Positions 24,955 through 34,543 of a stretch of 64,000 nucleotides of DNA are shown here, piece after piece. Positions within the stretch are counted from its first letter, which is position 1. Every line of letters starts with the position of its first letter. Both the position numbers and the translations under genes were made by a program. This stretch comes from Candidatus Woesearchaeota archaeon (GTDB lineage Archaea; Nanobdellota; Nanobdellia; Woesearchaeales; ARS49): contig JACRKG010000011.1 in the NCBI GenBank assembly GCA_016215315.1, forward strand, positions 537 through 64,536, written 5' to 3'. The notes below the pieces were generated by a model, which searched no databases, had not been told where the DNA came from, and saw only the letters and a program-made list of their open reading frames with translations.

Positions 24955-27547
24955 CAGGCAGATCTATACTTACACCTTTTAATTCTTTTCCATCACAATA
25001 TGCTTTTTTGTTTTTTACTTCTAGTTTTAGTTTTGCAAAATCTTCAATAGTTATTTGGTTGTTATTAGGTGTTGTTCCTTCGATTTGTACTTGATCACCA
25101 GGGTTACCTTGCGGTTCTAAAACTTTCACAACTCCCTCTTTTTCTGCAGCTAAAAGCATTCCTTGACTTTCTATACCTCGTATATTCGCAGGCTTTAAGT
25201 TTGAAATTATTACTATTTTTTTACCAACCAATTCTTCTTTTTTGTAAGAATTCTTTATTCCACCAACTAATTGTCTTTTTTCCCCACCCAAATCAAGCTT
25301 CAAGAAATATAATTTGTCTGCGTTTGGATGATCTTCTACGGATTCAATTTGAGCAACTTTAAGATTTAACAAAGATAAGCTTTTAGAAGTATTTTGATTT
25401 GTATTTTGTTGAACCTCTTTGCCATTAAAGCCAATTATTAATTCTTTAGCTTCTTTGAGTGCATCTTGCATTTGGTTATCACTCATCTTATTATTACCGA
25501 ACAAGATCAAGAATACGTGCTTAGTTGTTATTTCTGTTTTTGTTTGATTGCATTGTTTTGAGAGTCTTCCTATTATTTTTTCCTCATCAGAATAAACTAG
25601 TTCTCCTGCTTTTAGAAGTTCTCTATTTCCTTCTAAAGAAATAAATTCCTCTCCTTCTTTTGATAATCTTACAGTTATTTTTCCAACTAGCCTATTAACG
25701 TCATGAGTTGCAATAGAAGTTAATGTTTTCACTGATACAATATTGTAAACGTCTACAACTGCATTTATTTGAGGCAAGTTATTTCCTTTGATTAATTTTA
25801 TCAGGCCAACTACTGAGTTGGGATTTTTTTCTTTGTCTAGGCCTGCTTTTTCTTGAATTTTGTTGTATTCTTCAAGAACTTCTTTATTTTCATATTTTTG
25901 AAGATTCTCTTTCAAATCTTTCTTCATTTTTTCTATTGTTTCACTCTTCTTTCTAATCTTTAAATCGTTTATTTGTGTTCCAACTACTTTGATTCCTAAA
26001 TTTTTAACTTCTGGAGAAATGACTAGTTCTATTTCTGGAATTTTTTCTTTTCTTTCAACAAATTCTACTTTTTTGAACAATATTTGTGGTTCTTCTGTTT
26101 TTCCTTTAGTTGTTTTCTTAAAAGTTGCATCTTTGAATGATTTTATTTTTTGTCCTATTTGTTTTGCTAATTTTTCAGAACTTTCAGGAATAAAAGAATA
26201 AGTCAATAATGAAGTAATTCTTAAACTTTCTACAAGCACGTAAAGTATTGTTCCTAATCTTTTTTTGTCTTGAACTTTCCAAGGTTCGGTTTTGTTTATG
26301 TAAGCATTGCATTCATGAATGAATTCCCAAATTATTTCTAACGCTTTACTCCATTCATAATTTTGCATTTGTTCATTGGCTCTAGTAAATAACGTGTTTG
26401 CTTTTTGTATTAATTCTTCATCATCTTTTTCAAACTTTCCAGGCTTGGGAATTTTTCCATCAAAATTTTTGAAGACTAATGTGTTAACTCTTTGTAATAA
26501 GTTTCCTAATGAATTCGCTAAGTCTGCGTTTGCTCTTTCAACTATTGATTTTTCAGAAACATCCCCATCTTGTCCTGCAGGAATATCTCTCATTAAGTAA
26601 TATCTTACTTGGTCAACACCATAAGTATCAATTAAATAAATTGGATCAATAACATTGCCTAATGATTTACTCATTTTTTGGCCTTCAAAAGTTAAGTAAC
26701 CGTGAACTAGCACTTTTTTAGGTTGTTCAATTCCTAAACTATACAACATTCCAGGCCAAATTACTGAATGAAACCAATTAATTCCTTTACCAATAAAGTG
26801 AACATTCGCAGGCCAAAATTTTTCTTTACTTTTTATTCTAGTTGCACTGTAATAGTTTCCAAGCGCGTCAAACCAAACATAAACAGTGTGATTTTGATCT
26901 ATTGGTGTTTTAATACCCCAAGTCTTTCCAACTCTACTAACACTAATATCTTTTAATTCTTCTTTCTCAAGTCTTGACTGTATTTCATTACTCCAAGTTT
27001 GAGGAGTTATCAGTCCTTTTTTTATTAATTCTAGAATTTTCTCTTTGAATTTTGATAATTTGAAAAAATAGCTCTCTTCTTTAATATGTTCTGGCTTTTT
27101 TTTATGTTCGGGACATTCTCCGTTAATCAAATCTTTTTCAGTGTAAAACGCTTCACATCCTTTGCAGTATAATCCTTCATAATGTCCTTTGTAAATATCT
27201 CCGTTATCAAATGCTTTTTTGAACAATTCTTGAACAACTTTTACGTGTCTTTTCTCAACAGTTCTTATGAAATCATCATTTGATAGATTTGCTTTTTTGC
27301 ATAATTCAATAAAAAATTGAGCGTTTTTGTCAACAAATTCTCTTACTGGAATTCCCGCTTTTTCAGCAGCTTCTTCATTCTTTGAAGCATTATCATCTGT
27401 TCCGGTTAAGAAGAAAACATCCTCACCAAGCAACCTGTGCCATCTTGCTATTGCATCAGCTATTGCTTTCTCATACAAATGGCCACAATGAGGTTTGGCA
27501 TTAACATAATCTATTGCAGTAGTAATGTAAAACGTTTTTTTAGCCAT
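24935..27547 (-). CDS. metG: methionyl-tRNA synthetase with C-terminal B3/4-like and EMAP/Trbp111-like tRNA-binding extensions
   Basis: Catalytic domain with KMSKS, CxxC zinc knuckles. B3/4-like DVYNIVSVKTLTSIATHDVNRL...ISLEG. EMAP-like OB fold VEDHPNADKLYFLKLDLGGEKRQLVGGI. Confidence 0.9.
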   Translation of the reverse strand: MAKKTFYITTAIDYVNAKPHCGHLYEKAIADAIARWHRLLGEDVFFLTGTDDNASKNEEAAEKAGIPVREFVDKNAQFFIELCKKANLSNDDFIRTVEKRHVKVVQELFKKAFDNGDIYKGHYEGLYCKGCEAFYTEKDLINGECPEHKKKPEHIKEESYFFKLSKFKEKILELIKKGLITPQTWSNEIQSRLEKEELKDISVSRVGKTWGIKTPIDQNHTVYVWFDALGNYYSATRIKSKEKFWPANVHFIGKGINWFHSVIWPGMLYSLGIEQPKKVLVHGYLTFEGQKMSKSLGNVIDPIYLIDTYGVDQVRYYLMRDIPAGQDGDVSEKSIVERANADLANSLGNLLQRVNTLVFKNFDGKIPKPGKFEKDDEELIQKANTLFTRANEQMQNYEWSKALEIIWEFIHECNAYINKTEPWKVQDKKRLGTILYVLVESLRITSLLTYSFIPESSEKLAKQIGQKIKSFKDATFKKTTKGKTEEPQILFKKVEFVERKEKIPEIELVISPEVKNLGIKVVGTQINDLKIRKKSETIEKMKKDLKENLQKYENKEVLEEYNKIQEKAGLDKEKNPNSVVGLIKLIKGNNLPQINAVVDVYNIVSVKTLTSIATHDVNRLVGKITVRLSKEGEEFISLEGNRELLKAGELVYSDEEKIIGRLSKQCNQTKTEITTKHVFLILFGNNKMSDNQMQDALKEAKELIIGFNGKEVQQNTNQNTSKSLSLLNLKVAQIESVEDHPNADKLYFLKLDLGGEKRQLVGGIKNSYKKEELVGKKIVIISNLKPANIRGIESQGMLLAAEKEGVVKVLEPQGNPGDQVQIEGTTPNNNQITIEDFAKLKLEVKNKKAYCDGKELKGVSIDLPDGAKIK

Positions 27548-27656
27548 TAAAATGATATATTCACGATTATTTTATAAAGTTTTTCACAAAAGTTATTCAT
27601 AACTCACTACGTTCGTCATGAATAACTTTTAAATAGATTAGGGGTGTTTTAATTCT

Positions 27657-28262
27657 GTGAAGCAATTAATTAGCAAAAATAACAATATTTGGGTATCTAG
27701 CTCTTTAGAAGAAGAGGTTTTACGAGAAAAAATCCTTAATTGTGACGCCGTTCTGAGTGATTTAGATGACACAGACACTAATCCTACCGCACCAATAATA
27801 ATTAGACAAGGAATTAAACGGTATTTTTACCGCCCTGAATTTATTACTTGGTGGATGAAATTAACAATCACAAACCAAATACTAAACCGAAGAGAACAAA
27901 GCGATGCATGGAAATTATACTCAAGCAAATTTATTGATGCAAAAGAAAGAAAAAGAATTAGAAAACAATTGACACCTCAAAGAGTGAATGACTTGTTATT
28001 TCCTGGAGTTAAAGAATTTTACTCTCTAATTACACCAGCATACAAAACTTATGTTACACGAAATCTTTACGAAGTTGGCGATGCTTTTGGATGCGTTCTG
28101 GGATTTGATGAAATTATTAGCGGTGCAAGAAATAAAGAAATCGCAGCAGCAGAATTTATTAATGCCCATCCTCAATTTAGAAAGTACTTAGTGAAAGGTG
28201 ATTCTCATCACGACGAAGGAATGATTGATGCGCTTAAATTCTACCAAAAAAAGGCAAAATAG
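27657..28262 (+). CDS. HAD-superfamily hydrolase-like protein
   Basis: DLDDT (motif I DxDxT) and GDSHHD (motif IV GDxxxD). Confidence 0.4.
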   Translation: MKQLISKNNNIWVSSSLEEEVLREKILNCDAVLSDLDDTDTNPTAPIIIRQGIKRYFYRPEFITWWMKLTITNQILNRREQSDAWKLYSSKFIDAKERKRIRKQLTPQRVNDLLFPGVKEFYSLITPAYKTYVTRNLYEVGDAFGCVLGFDEIISGARNKEIAAAEFINAHPQFRKYLVKGDSHHDEGMIDALKFYQKKAK

Positions 28263-28380
28263 ATTACGTTTTAGGAATATGGGTTTCTAAAACACCAACA
28301 GATAGAGCAAAATTCGACGTAAATATTGGACAAAATTATACTGGATTGGTTGAACTATTAAAGAAAAAAAGCCAGTAACT

Positions 28381-28446
28381 AGTTTATAGTTTGCAGTTTA
28401 TGGTTCACAGTCGTCCTATAAACTTCAAACTGTAAACTACAAACTT
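28381..28446. repeat. intergenic repeat-family copy forming a long imperfect hairpin
   Basis: AGTTTATAGTTTGCAGTTTATGGTTCACAG-N8-TATAAACTTCAAACTGTAAACTACAAACT. Arms are reverse complements with a few mismatches. Lies immediately 3' of tRNA-Pro. Confidence 0.7.
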
Positions 28447-28449
28447 AAA

Positions 28450-28524
28450 TGGGATCGGGGAGATTTGAACTCCCAATCTCACCCACCCCAAGGGTGAATC
28501 TTAACCAAGTTGGACTACGACCCC
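28450..28524 (-). tRNA. tRNA-Pro (anticodon GGG)
   Basis: Reverse complement GGGGTCGTAGTCC...CACCCTTGGGGTGGGTG...GGGAGTTCAAATCTCCCCGATCCCA: 7-bp acceptor, T-arm GGGAG/TTCAAAT/CTCCC, anticodon loop TTGGGGT. Confidence 0.85.
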
Positions 28525-28527
28525 AAA

Positions 28528-29679
28528 TTAAACAAAACTAACTTCCATTTCTAGTGCATCCCTTGTGGGATATTCTTCAACTACTGCCGGGATTAAGTTT
28601 TGTTTTTTTAAAAAACAAGCGTGTTTTTTTAGCAAACGTCTGTCTGTGATTAATCTTAATTTTACTTCGTCAACAAAAATTAAATCTTCAGATATTTTTA
28701 ATTGTGCTATTAATTTTTGTCTTAATTCTTCTAAAATTGGTAAGTACTTTTTTTTGTCTGCTTGTTCTAGTTTTTGTCTGTAGTTTAGTCCGGGGGTTAG
28801 TTCTGGTAAATAAATTGCTCCGCGGATTATTGTTCCTTCGTCAGTTACTTGGTCAAAACTTTTCTTAATGTTCTTTGCTCTTCGTTTTATTCTATTCTTT
28901 AATTGAACATTGTCTTTTAGTTTTGCAGTGCAGAAGTAAAGAGTCAATCCTGCATTTTTTGCTTCTTTCAATATTTCTAGTGCTAGTTCTGCGCTTCCTT
29001 TGACTGCGTAAGATAATTGGTTTTTTAGCATAAAACCTCTGCTTAAGTATTCACAATCATTTCTTTCTGACCATTCTAATTCATTCAAGTTTAGGAATTT
29101 TACTTTTTCTTTCATAAAATCTACCAGTTCTAGAATTTCTTTTTTCATTCCCGGAATACAAGGTATTTCTATGCCTACATCCCAATCATATTTTCTTGCC
29201 AATTCTATTTGCGGCCATAAAGTTTTGTCATATAGGTTTGCGTGAAATCTTATCTCATCAAGACCTGCTTCGTACAATTTTTTTAATCTTTCTTCATTGA
29301 CTAATCTGAAAGTAGTGTACAAGTGTGCATGAAATTTTTTGCCGAATTCTTTTTTTAAAAGCCTTAAGTACTCACAAACTCGGTCAACAACCACTAAAGG
29401 ATCTCCTCCAGTGATTCCTACTCCTTTTGCTTCAGTTAATCTTGCTTCTTCAAGAAGGTCTTCTGGTTTTTCTATCTTCCATTCATTTGCATAAATTACA
29501 TCTTTGTTTATTTTTTTATCACTTACAGGACAATAGAAGCATTTTAGTCCGCATAAACCCGTAATGAATAATACTAATTTTTGGCCTTTAATGCAATACT
29601 CGCATCCTTTGGCCATCCTTCCTTTAACTAAAGAAAAACATCCTGTATCGACAATGTTTTGAGCGGCTAATAATTCCAT
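28528..29679 (-). CDS. radical SAM domain protein (PflA-like activase fold) with long C-terminal extension
   Basis: CGLKCFYCP (CxxxCxxC) cluster motif, GGDP SAM-binding glycine motif. Confidence 0.75.
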   Translation of the reverse strand: MELLAAQNIVDTGCFSLVKGRMAKGCEYCIKGQKLVLFITGLCGLKCFYCPVSDKKINKDVIYANEWKIEKPEDLLEEARLTEAKGVGITGGDPLVVVDRVCEYLRLLKKEFGKKFHAHLYTTFRLVNEERLKKLYEAGLDEIRFHANLYDKTLWPQIELARKYDWDVGIEIPCIPGMKKEILELVDFMKEKVKFLNLNELEWSERNDCEYLSRGFMLKNQLSYAVKGSAELALEILKEAKNAGLTLYFCTAKLKDNVQLKNRIKRRAKNIKKSFDQVTDEGTIIRGAIYLPELTPGLNYRQKLEQADKKKYLPILEELRQKLIAQLKISEDLIFVDEVKLRLITDRRLLKKHACFLKKQNLIPAVVEEYPTRDALEMEVSFV

Positions 29680-29768
29680 AAGAATCAATATTTATTGCTT
29701 ATTTAAAAAAGTATTTACTGAACGCAAATAATCTAAAGTAGTTTATTTAAAGCTATCTTGCTTTCTAT

Positions 29769-30269
29769 TTGTTTATGGAAAATAAAAAATTCAAAAGACA
29801 AGATCTTAACAAATTAGAAGAAGTCGAATTACTAACATCAACAGTAGAACAAGAACCAACAGTTGAAGTATTTTCTCCAACAATAGAAAAAACACATTTG
29901 CAAAAAGTTTTGAAAGTTGTCAGAATGAGTTTGATGTACTTAAGTATTGGTGCTGCTTTTTATGGAGTTGTAGCTTACGCTCCTAAAGTTGCAGAAGTTG
30001 GAATTAGAAATGATCAAGTAAACAGTGAATTCAAGAGTGTTTATGACAACACAAGTTCAAAATACGCAGATACAAACAATGACGGAGTTGTTTCATCTCA
30101 AGAAATGGATTCTTTTGATAGCGCTTTCTTAACAAGCAATGGTTTTAAAGTTAGTGGAGAAGAAAGAATAAATCTAAAGTACGGCCCAATGCCTTACATG
30201 AAAGGAACTTTTGAAAGAGCACAGAAGGAAACTATCACTGAATTGTTAAAGAATTACCAGCCAAAATAA
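29769..30269 (+). CDS. hypothetical membrane-anchored protein
   Basis: One TM helix (MYLSIGAAFYGVVAY). Confidence 0.4.
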   Translation: MFMENKKFKRQDLNKLEEVELLTSTVEQEPTVEVFSPTIEKTHLQKVLKVVRMSLMYLSIGAAFYGVVAYAPKVAEVGIRNDQVNSEFKSVYDNTSSKYADTNNDGVVSSQEMDSFDSAFLTSNGFKVSGEERINLKYGPMPYMKGTFERAQKETITELLKNYQPK

Positions 30270-30307
30270 ATTATTAGAAAAATATCAGCCTCAATAAAAT
30301 CAAACTA

Positions 30308-31327
30308 TCAAGTCTTATTTAGTTTTTGTTCTGCTCCTTTTTTATAATCATCAAGAAATTTCATGTTATTAGAAACATATTCATATATAGTATTCACGAA
30401 AAAACCCATTGCTTGAGTTGCTTCTTCAAATTCTAGATCATTCATCATAATGCAATAAAATATTCTGCTAGCCTTAATATACATTATACCACAACTATGC
30501 AAGTATTTATTCTCTCCCTCATATTTTACTCCGAATTTTTGAGAAACTTTAACTTCAGGAGGTAAATTTGCAATTTTTTTTATGTCAAATACGGTGTTTG
30601 AAAGAAGGGATAAAATATACTCGGAATCTTGTGATTCAAGAATGGTAGATAAATAAATACTAGAAAAAACATTGTAGAATGATTTGGGTGTTGCAAGACC
30701 AGTGTCATAATCTTGGCCTGGTTTTGTTTTATTAATACTATCTTCAGTGTACATATCAAGATAACTAAAAATGAAATTTGCATCTTTAGGTTTTAGAATT
30801 TTGCTCAGCGCTCTAAAAGCAGTATCATCTGATTCTTGCAACATTTTTTCTAGAAGAACTTTCACGCTAAGTTCTTTATCAGTAGTTTTGTATAATGTTC
30901 CAAAATTAGCAGTTCTGTCTGAATCTTCTATTTTAATCAAATCATCAAGACCTATTTTACCTTCTTCTTTCATTTTCAGCACAAGTACCGCAGCTAAAAC
31001 TTTAACTAAGCTAGCAAAAGGATATCCTGTTCTTTCATTTATTCCTATGGAGGCACCATTTCTTAAGTTTTCAACATAAATTGAAGCAGTGAAGTTATTT
31101 TCTTGCATGAAAGACTCAAAAATCTTTTTCAAAGGAACATAATTAGTTATTAAAAAACTCTTAGGTTCTAACACTCCTGCAGCTATTCTGGGAGAAATAA
31201 AAGTAAAATCTTCTTTATTTGATTCAATAAAAGAATAATTATTGAAACAAATTATTGCAAGAAAAGACAAAAGCACTAGAATTAATATCAACTCAAAAAC
31301 TGCCACCCGTTTTAGATTAAATCTCAT
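30308..31327 (-). CDS. class A beta-lactamase-like serine hydrolase, membrane-anchored
   Basis: N-terminal TM. FASLVK contains S-x-x-K. Later SDN-like and KTG-like region. Confidence 0.55.
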   Translation of the reverse strand: MRFNLKRVAVFELILILVLLSFLAIICFNNYSFIESNKEDFTFISPRIAAGVLEPKSFLITNYVPLKKIFESFMQENNFTASIYVENLRNGASIGINERTGYPFASLVKVLAAVLVLKMKEEGKIGLDDLIKIEDSDRTANFGTLYKTTDKELSVKVLLEKMLQESDDTAFRALSKILKPKDANFIFSYLDMYTEDSINKTKPGQDYDTGLATPKSFYNVFSSIYLSTILESQDSEYILSLLSNTVFDIKKIANLPPEVKVSQKFGVKYEGENKYLHSCGIMYIKASRIFYCIMMNDLEFEEATQAMGFFVNTIYEYVSNNMKFLDDYKKGAEQKLNKT

Positions 31328-31410
31328 TCAACCCTGAAATAAAACACCCACATTTAAATCTTAGTTTTAGCTAAGAAACATTTTTAAATCTGGATTCGTT
31401 TTGGATTTTT

Positions 31411-32892
31411 ATGACTGACAAAAAAGGCTCTAAAGCAAATAAGCAGGACAATTTTAGTGAGTGGTATTCTCAGATTTGCGGTGAAACTGGAGCTAAGCTT
31501 GTTGATTTAAGGTATGATGTTCAAGGTTTTATTGTTCATCGCCCTTGGAGTATGCGAGTTTTAAGAAAGATTTATTCTTTTTTTGAAGAAGAAGTCGAGA
31601 AAGACAATCATGAACCAATGTTATTTCCAACAGTTATTCCTGAAGAACATTTATTAAAAGAAAAAGAACATGCAGGTTTTACTCCTGAAGTTTTCTGGGT
31701 CGAGTATGCGGGAGATAAAAAGTTAGAAAAACGATTAGCATTAAGACCTACTGGAGAAACACAAATTTATCCATTGTATTCTTTATGGATTAGAAGTTAT
31801 AATGATTTGCCTTTGAAAGGTTATCAATCTAGAATTACTACTTTTAGAAATGAAATGACTACGCGTCCTTTTTTGAGGGGCAGAGAATTTATGTTTTTTG
31901 AAACTCACGATGTCTTCGAAACCCACGACGAAGCCGTTTCTCAAATAAAAAAAGATTTAATCATGATGAAGAACACGATTCGTGATAAACTAAAAATTCC
32001 TTTTTTATTTTTCCAAAGACCTAAATGGGATGTATTTAAAGGAGCTGATGAAACTTTCACTTCAGACAGCATTCTTCCTGATGGTAAAAGAATTCAAGTT
32101 AGCAGCACTCATGATTTAGGGCATAATTTTGCTAAAGCATTTAATGTCCAATTTGTTGGAAAGGATGGAAAAAGAAGTTATGCTTTCCAGACTTGTTTTG
32201 GGCCTGGTATTTGGAGAATTTTTGGAACAATGATTGCAATTCACGGGGATGACCAAGGATTAATGCTTCCTTTCTGTGTTGCACCAGTGCAAGTTGTAAT
32301 TATTCCAATAACTTTTGTTAAAGATCCTGAAGCTAGTAAAAAAGTTCTTGAGCTTTCCAAAAAATTAGAAAGCGAACTAAAAAATTTAAATTATTCTGTG
32401 CTTGTTGATTTAACTAATAAAACTCCCGGTTTCAAATTTAATGAGTGGGAAATGAAGGGAGTTCCTATAAGAATAGAAATAGGTCCTAGAGATTTAGAAC
32501 AAAACCAAGTAACTGTTAGCGCTAGAACAAGTAAAGAAAAATTAGCAGTAAAAATTAATGAATTAAAAAATAAATTACCTGAACTTGCAGAACAAAACGA
32601 TAAAGTTTTAGAAGAAACCGCAATCAAATATTTCAAAGATAATATTAAAAATGCAAAAACTCTTGACGAAGTCAAGAGTATAATTAAAGACCATCGTGGT
32701 TTTGTAAGAATTCCTTTCTGCAGTGTTATGCTTGATGGCAAGAAGTGTGCCGAGAAATTAAAAACAGAAACTAACGGTGTTGACGTTTGCGGATTCTTAT
32801 TTGAAAAAGAAGAAAAATTAGCTAGTTCTGATACGTGCGCTGTTTGCGGAAAGAAAGCAACAAAGATAGTTTATGCTGCTAAGAGTGTTTGA
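31411..32892 (+). CDS. proS: prolyl-tRNA synthetase, archaeal/eukaryal type
   Basis: Class II motifs, C-terminal zinc-binding domain with CxxC...C. 493 aa. Confidence 0.9.
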   Translation: MTDKKGSKANKQDNFSEWYSQICGETGAKLVDLRYDVQGFIVHRPWSMRVLRKIYSFFEEEVEKDNHEPMLFPTVIPEEHLLKEKEHAGFTPEVFWVEYAGDKKLEKRLALRPTGETQIYPLYSLWIRSYNDLPLKGYQSRITTFRNEMTTRPFLRGREFMFFETHDVFETHDEAVSQIKKDLIMMKNTIRDKLKIPFLFFQRPKWDVFKGADETFTSDSILPDGKRIQVSSTHDLGHNFAKAFNVQFVGKDGKRSYAFQTCFGPGIWRIFGTMIAIHGDDQGLMLPFCVAPVQVVIIPITFVKDPEASKKVLELSKKLESELKNLNYSVLVDLTNKTPGFKFNEWEMKGVPIRIEIGPRDLEQNQVTVSARTSKEKLAVKINELKNKLPELAEQNDKVLEETAIKYFKDNIKNAKTLDEVKSIIKDHRGFVRIPFCSVMLDGKKCAEKLKTETNGVDVCGFLFEKEEKLASSDTCAVCGKKATKIVYAAKSV

Positions 32893-33021
32893 AACTTTGG
32901 AAAATCAACTCATTCTAAAAAAGGTCAAAAAATGCCTATTTTTGAAACAACACAAAAAAAACAGAAAAATATTTAAGCTTTAAAAGAAAGTAAATAGTTA
33001 AAAAGATAAAAGGGTGAAAGA

Positions 33022-34542
33022 ATGATAAAAAGAGTTAATATATATATATATATAATATTATTTTTGATTCTCGTTGCTGGTGTTTTAGCAGCACCGCTGC
33101 CAACTGTTAATGGAGATTCTGGTACTTGGGGCACAATACTTAATACATTTCTAGGTGTTTCTTTAGCAAGTGATGGAACTTTAAATTCTAATGTTGTTGG
33201 TACTGCTCAAATAACTGATGGAGTAATTACGACAAGTGATATTAGTGCTACAGCAGGCATAACAAGCGGACAAATCGCAGACGGAACAATCACTACAGAC
33301 GACATCGCCACAGACACTATTGCTGCAGCAGACATCGCAGCAGGAGCAGTTGGAACTTCAGAAATCGCAGACGGAGTCATCACAACAACAGACATTAGCT
33401 CCTCAGCAGGAATCACAAGCGCACAAATCGCCGATGCTACTATTGCCAATGCAGATATTAGCACTAGTGCTGCCATTGCTTTAAGTAAATTAGCTGCCGG
33501 AACTGACGGACAAATAATAGTTGTAGGTGTTTCTACGACCACAGTTCCTGCTTATGCAACAATGAGTGGCGATGCAACATTAAGCAACCTAGGAGCACTA
33601 GCAGTTTCAGATGACAGTCATGCGCATACTGCAAGCACAATTTCAGGACTTGGCACAGATGATATTTCTGGATTAAGTGCTGCCGATTTAAATGCTGACT
33701 TCGGCGACTTTACATGTACTGGAAGTGCAGCGGGTTGCACTGTGGATGCTAATGCTGTTGCTTTAGGTACTGATACTACTAATAACTATGTGGCTACTGT
33801 TGCGGATAGTGGTGCTGGAATATTTACTGTTTCAGGTAGTGGTTCTGAAAGTGCTACTGTAACTCTCGCCATCACTGCTGATATGATTGATGGTACTGAA
33901 TTGAAAGATTCATTGGCTCTTGATGCTGCTACAACGATTACTGGCACTACTGCTGGTGTTGGTTTAACTATAACATCAAACATTAACGCTGCTGCACTGA
34001 CTGTTACTAACGCCAATGTAGGGGGTTCTGTACTATCTCTCACTAGCTCTGGTGGTGGAACGTTACTATCTGCTCAAGGCGCTTGTTATGACGGCAATCT
34101 TGCAACTTGTGTTTTAAATGATTACGCAGAACTTTATCCAGCTAGTGAAAGTGTTGAACAAGGAAGTTTGGTATCAATTGATGATTCAAAAGAAGACTTA
34201 TTTGTTAAGACAACAAGAAAAAGTTATGATACTTCAGTTATAGGAATAGTGTCTACAAGTCCTGCCATAGTTATTGAAGGGGGCGCAATTAAATTAATGG
34301 GCGGAATTTATGCTCACAACCCTTTAAAACCTGCAATAGCTATGGCTGGAAGAGTTCCAGTAAAAGTAACTAATGAGAATGGACCCATAAAACCAGGAGA
34401 CTTGCTTGTTCCAAGCTCAACACCAGGTTATGCAATGAGATGTCCTGGAAGATTAGAGTGCATAGGAAGTGTTGTTGGAAAAGCATTAAGGCCGTTTAAA
34501 GAAAAAGAAGGCAAAGTTTTAGCATTAGTGATTAATAGCTAA
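33022..34542 (+). CDS. secreted surface protein with tandem about 20-aa tail-fibre-like repeats and a C-terminal beta domain
   Basis: Signal/anchor MIKRVNIYIYIILFLILVAGVLAAP. At least six repeats of the form ITTxDIxxxAGITSxQIADGxI. GC-rich codons (Ala/Thr/Gly). Confidence 0.6.
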   Translation: MIKRVNIYIYIILFLILVAGVLAAPLPTVNGDSGTWGTILNTFLGVSLASDGTLNSNVVGTAQITDGVITTSDISATAGITSGQIADGTITTDDIATDTIAAADIAAGAVGTSEIADGVITTTDISSSAGITSAQIADATIANADISTSAAIALSKLAAGTDGQIIVVGVSTTTVPAYATMSGDATLSNLGALAVSDDSHAHTASTISGLGTDDISGLSAADLNADFGDFTCTGSAAGCTVDANAVALGTDTTNNYVATVADSGAGIFTVSGSGSESATVTLAITADMIDGTELKDSLALDAATTITGTTAGVGLTITSNINAAALTVTNANVGGSVLSLTSSGGGTLLSAQGACYDGNLATCVLNDYAELYPASESVEQGSLVSIDDSKEDLFVKTTRKSYDTSVIGIVSTSPAIVIEGGAIKLMGGIYAHNPLKPAIAMAGRVPVKVTNENGPIKPGDLLVPSSTPGYAMRCPGRLECIGSVVGKALRPFKEKEGKVLALVINS

Positions 34543-34543
34543 A

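Noticed and set aside
33040-33056. (TA)8 microsatellite inside the start of gene 33022
   Set aside because: Encodes the YIYII hydrophobic anchor. Probably coding, not a separate element, though it could be slippage-prone.
33207-34043. Minus-strand ORFs 33207..33542 and 33786..34043
   Set aside because: Antisense to the repeat-protein gene. Ala/Val-rich because they mirror its GC-rich Ala/Thr codons.
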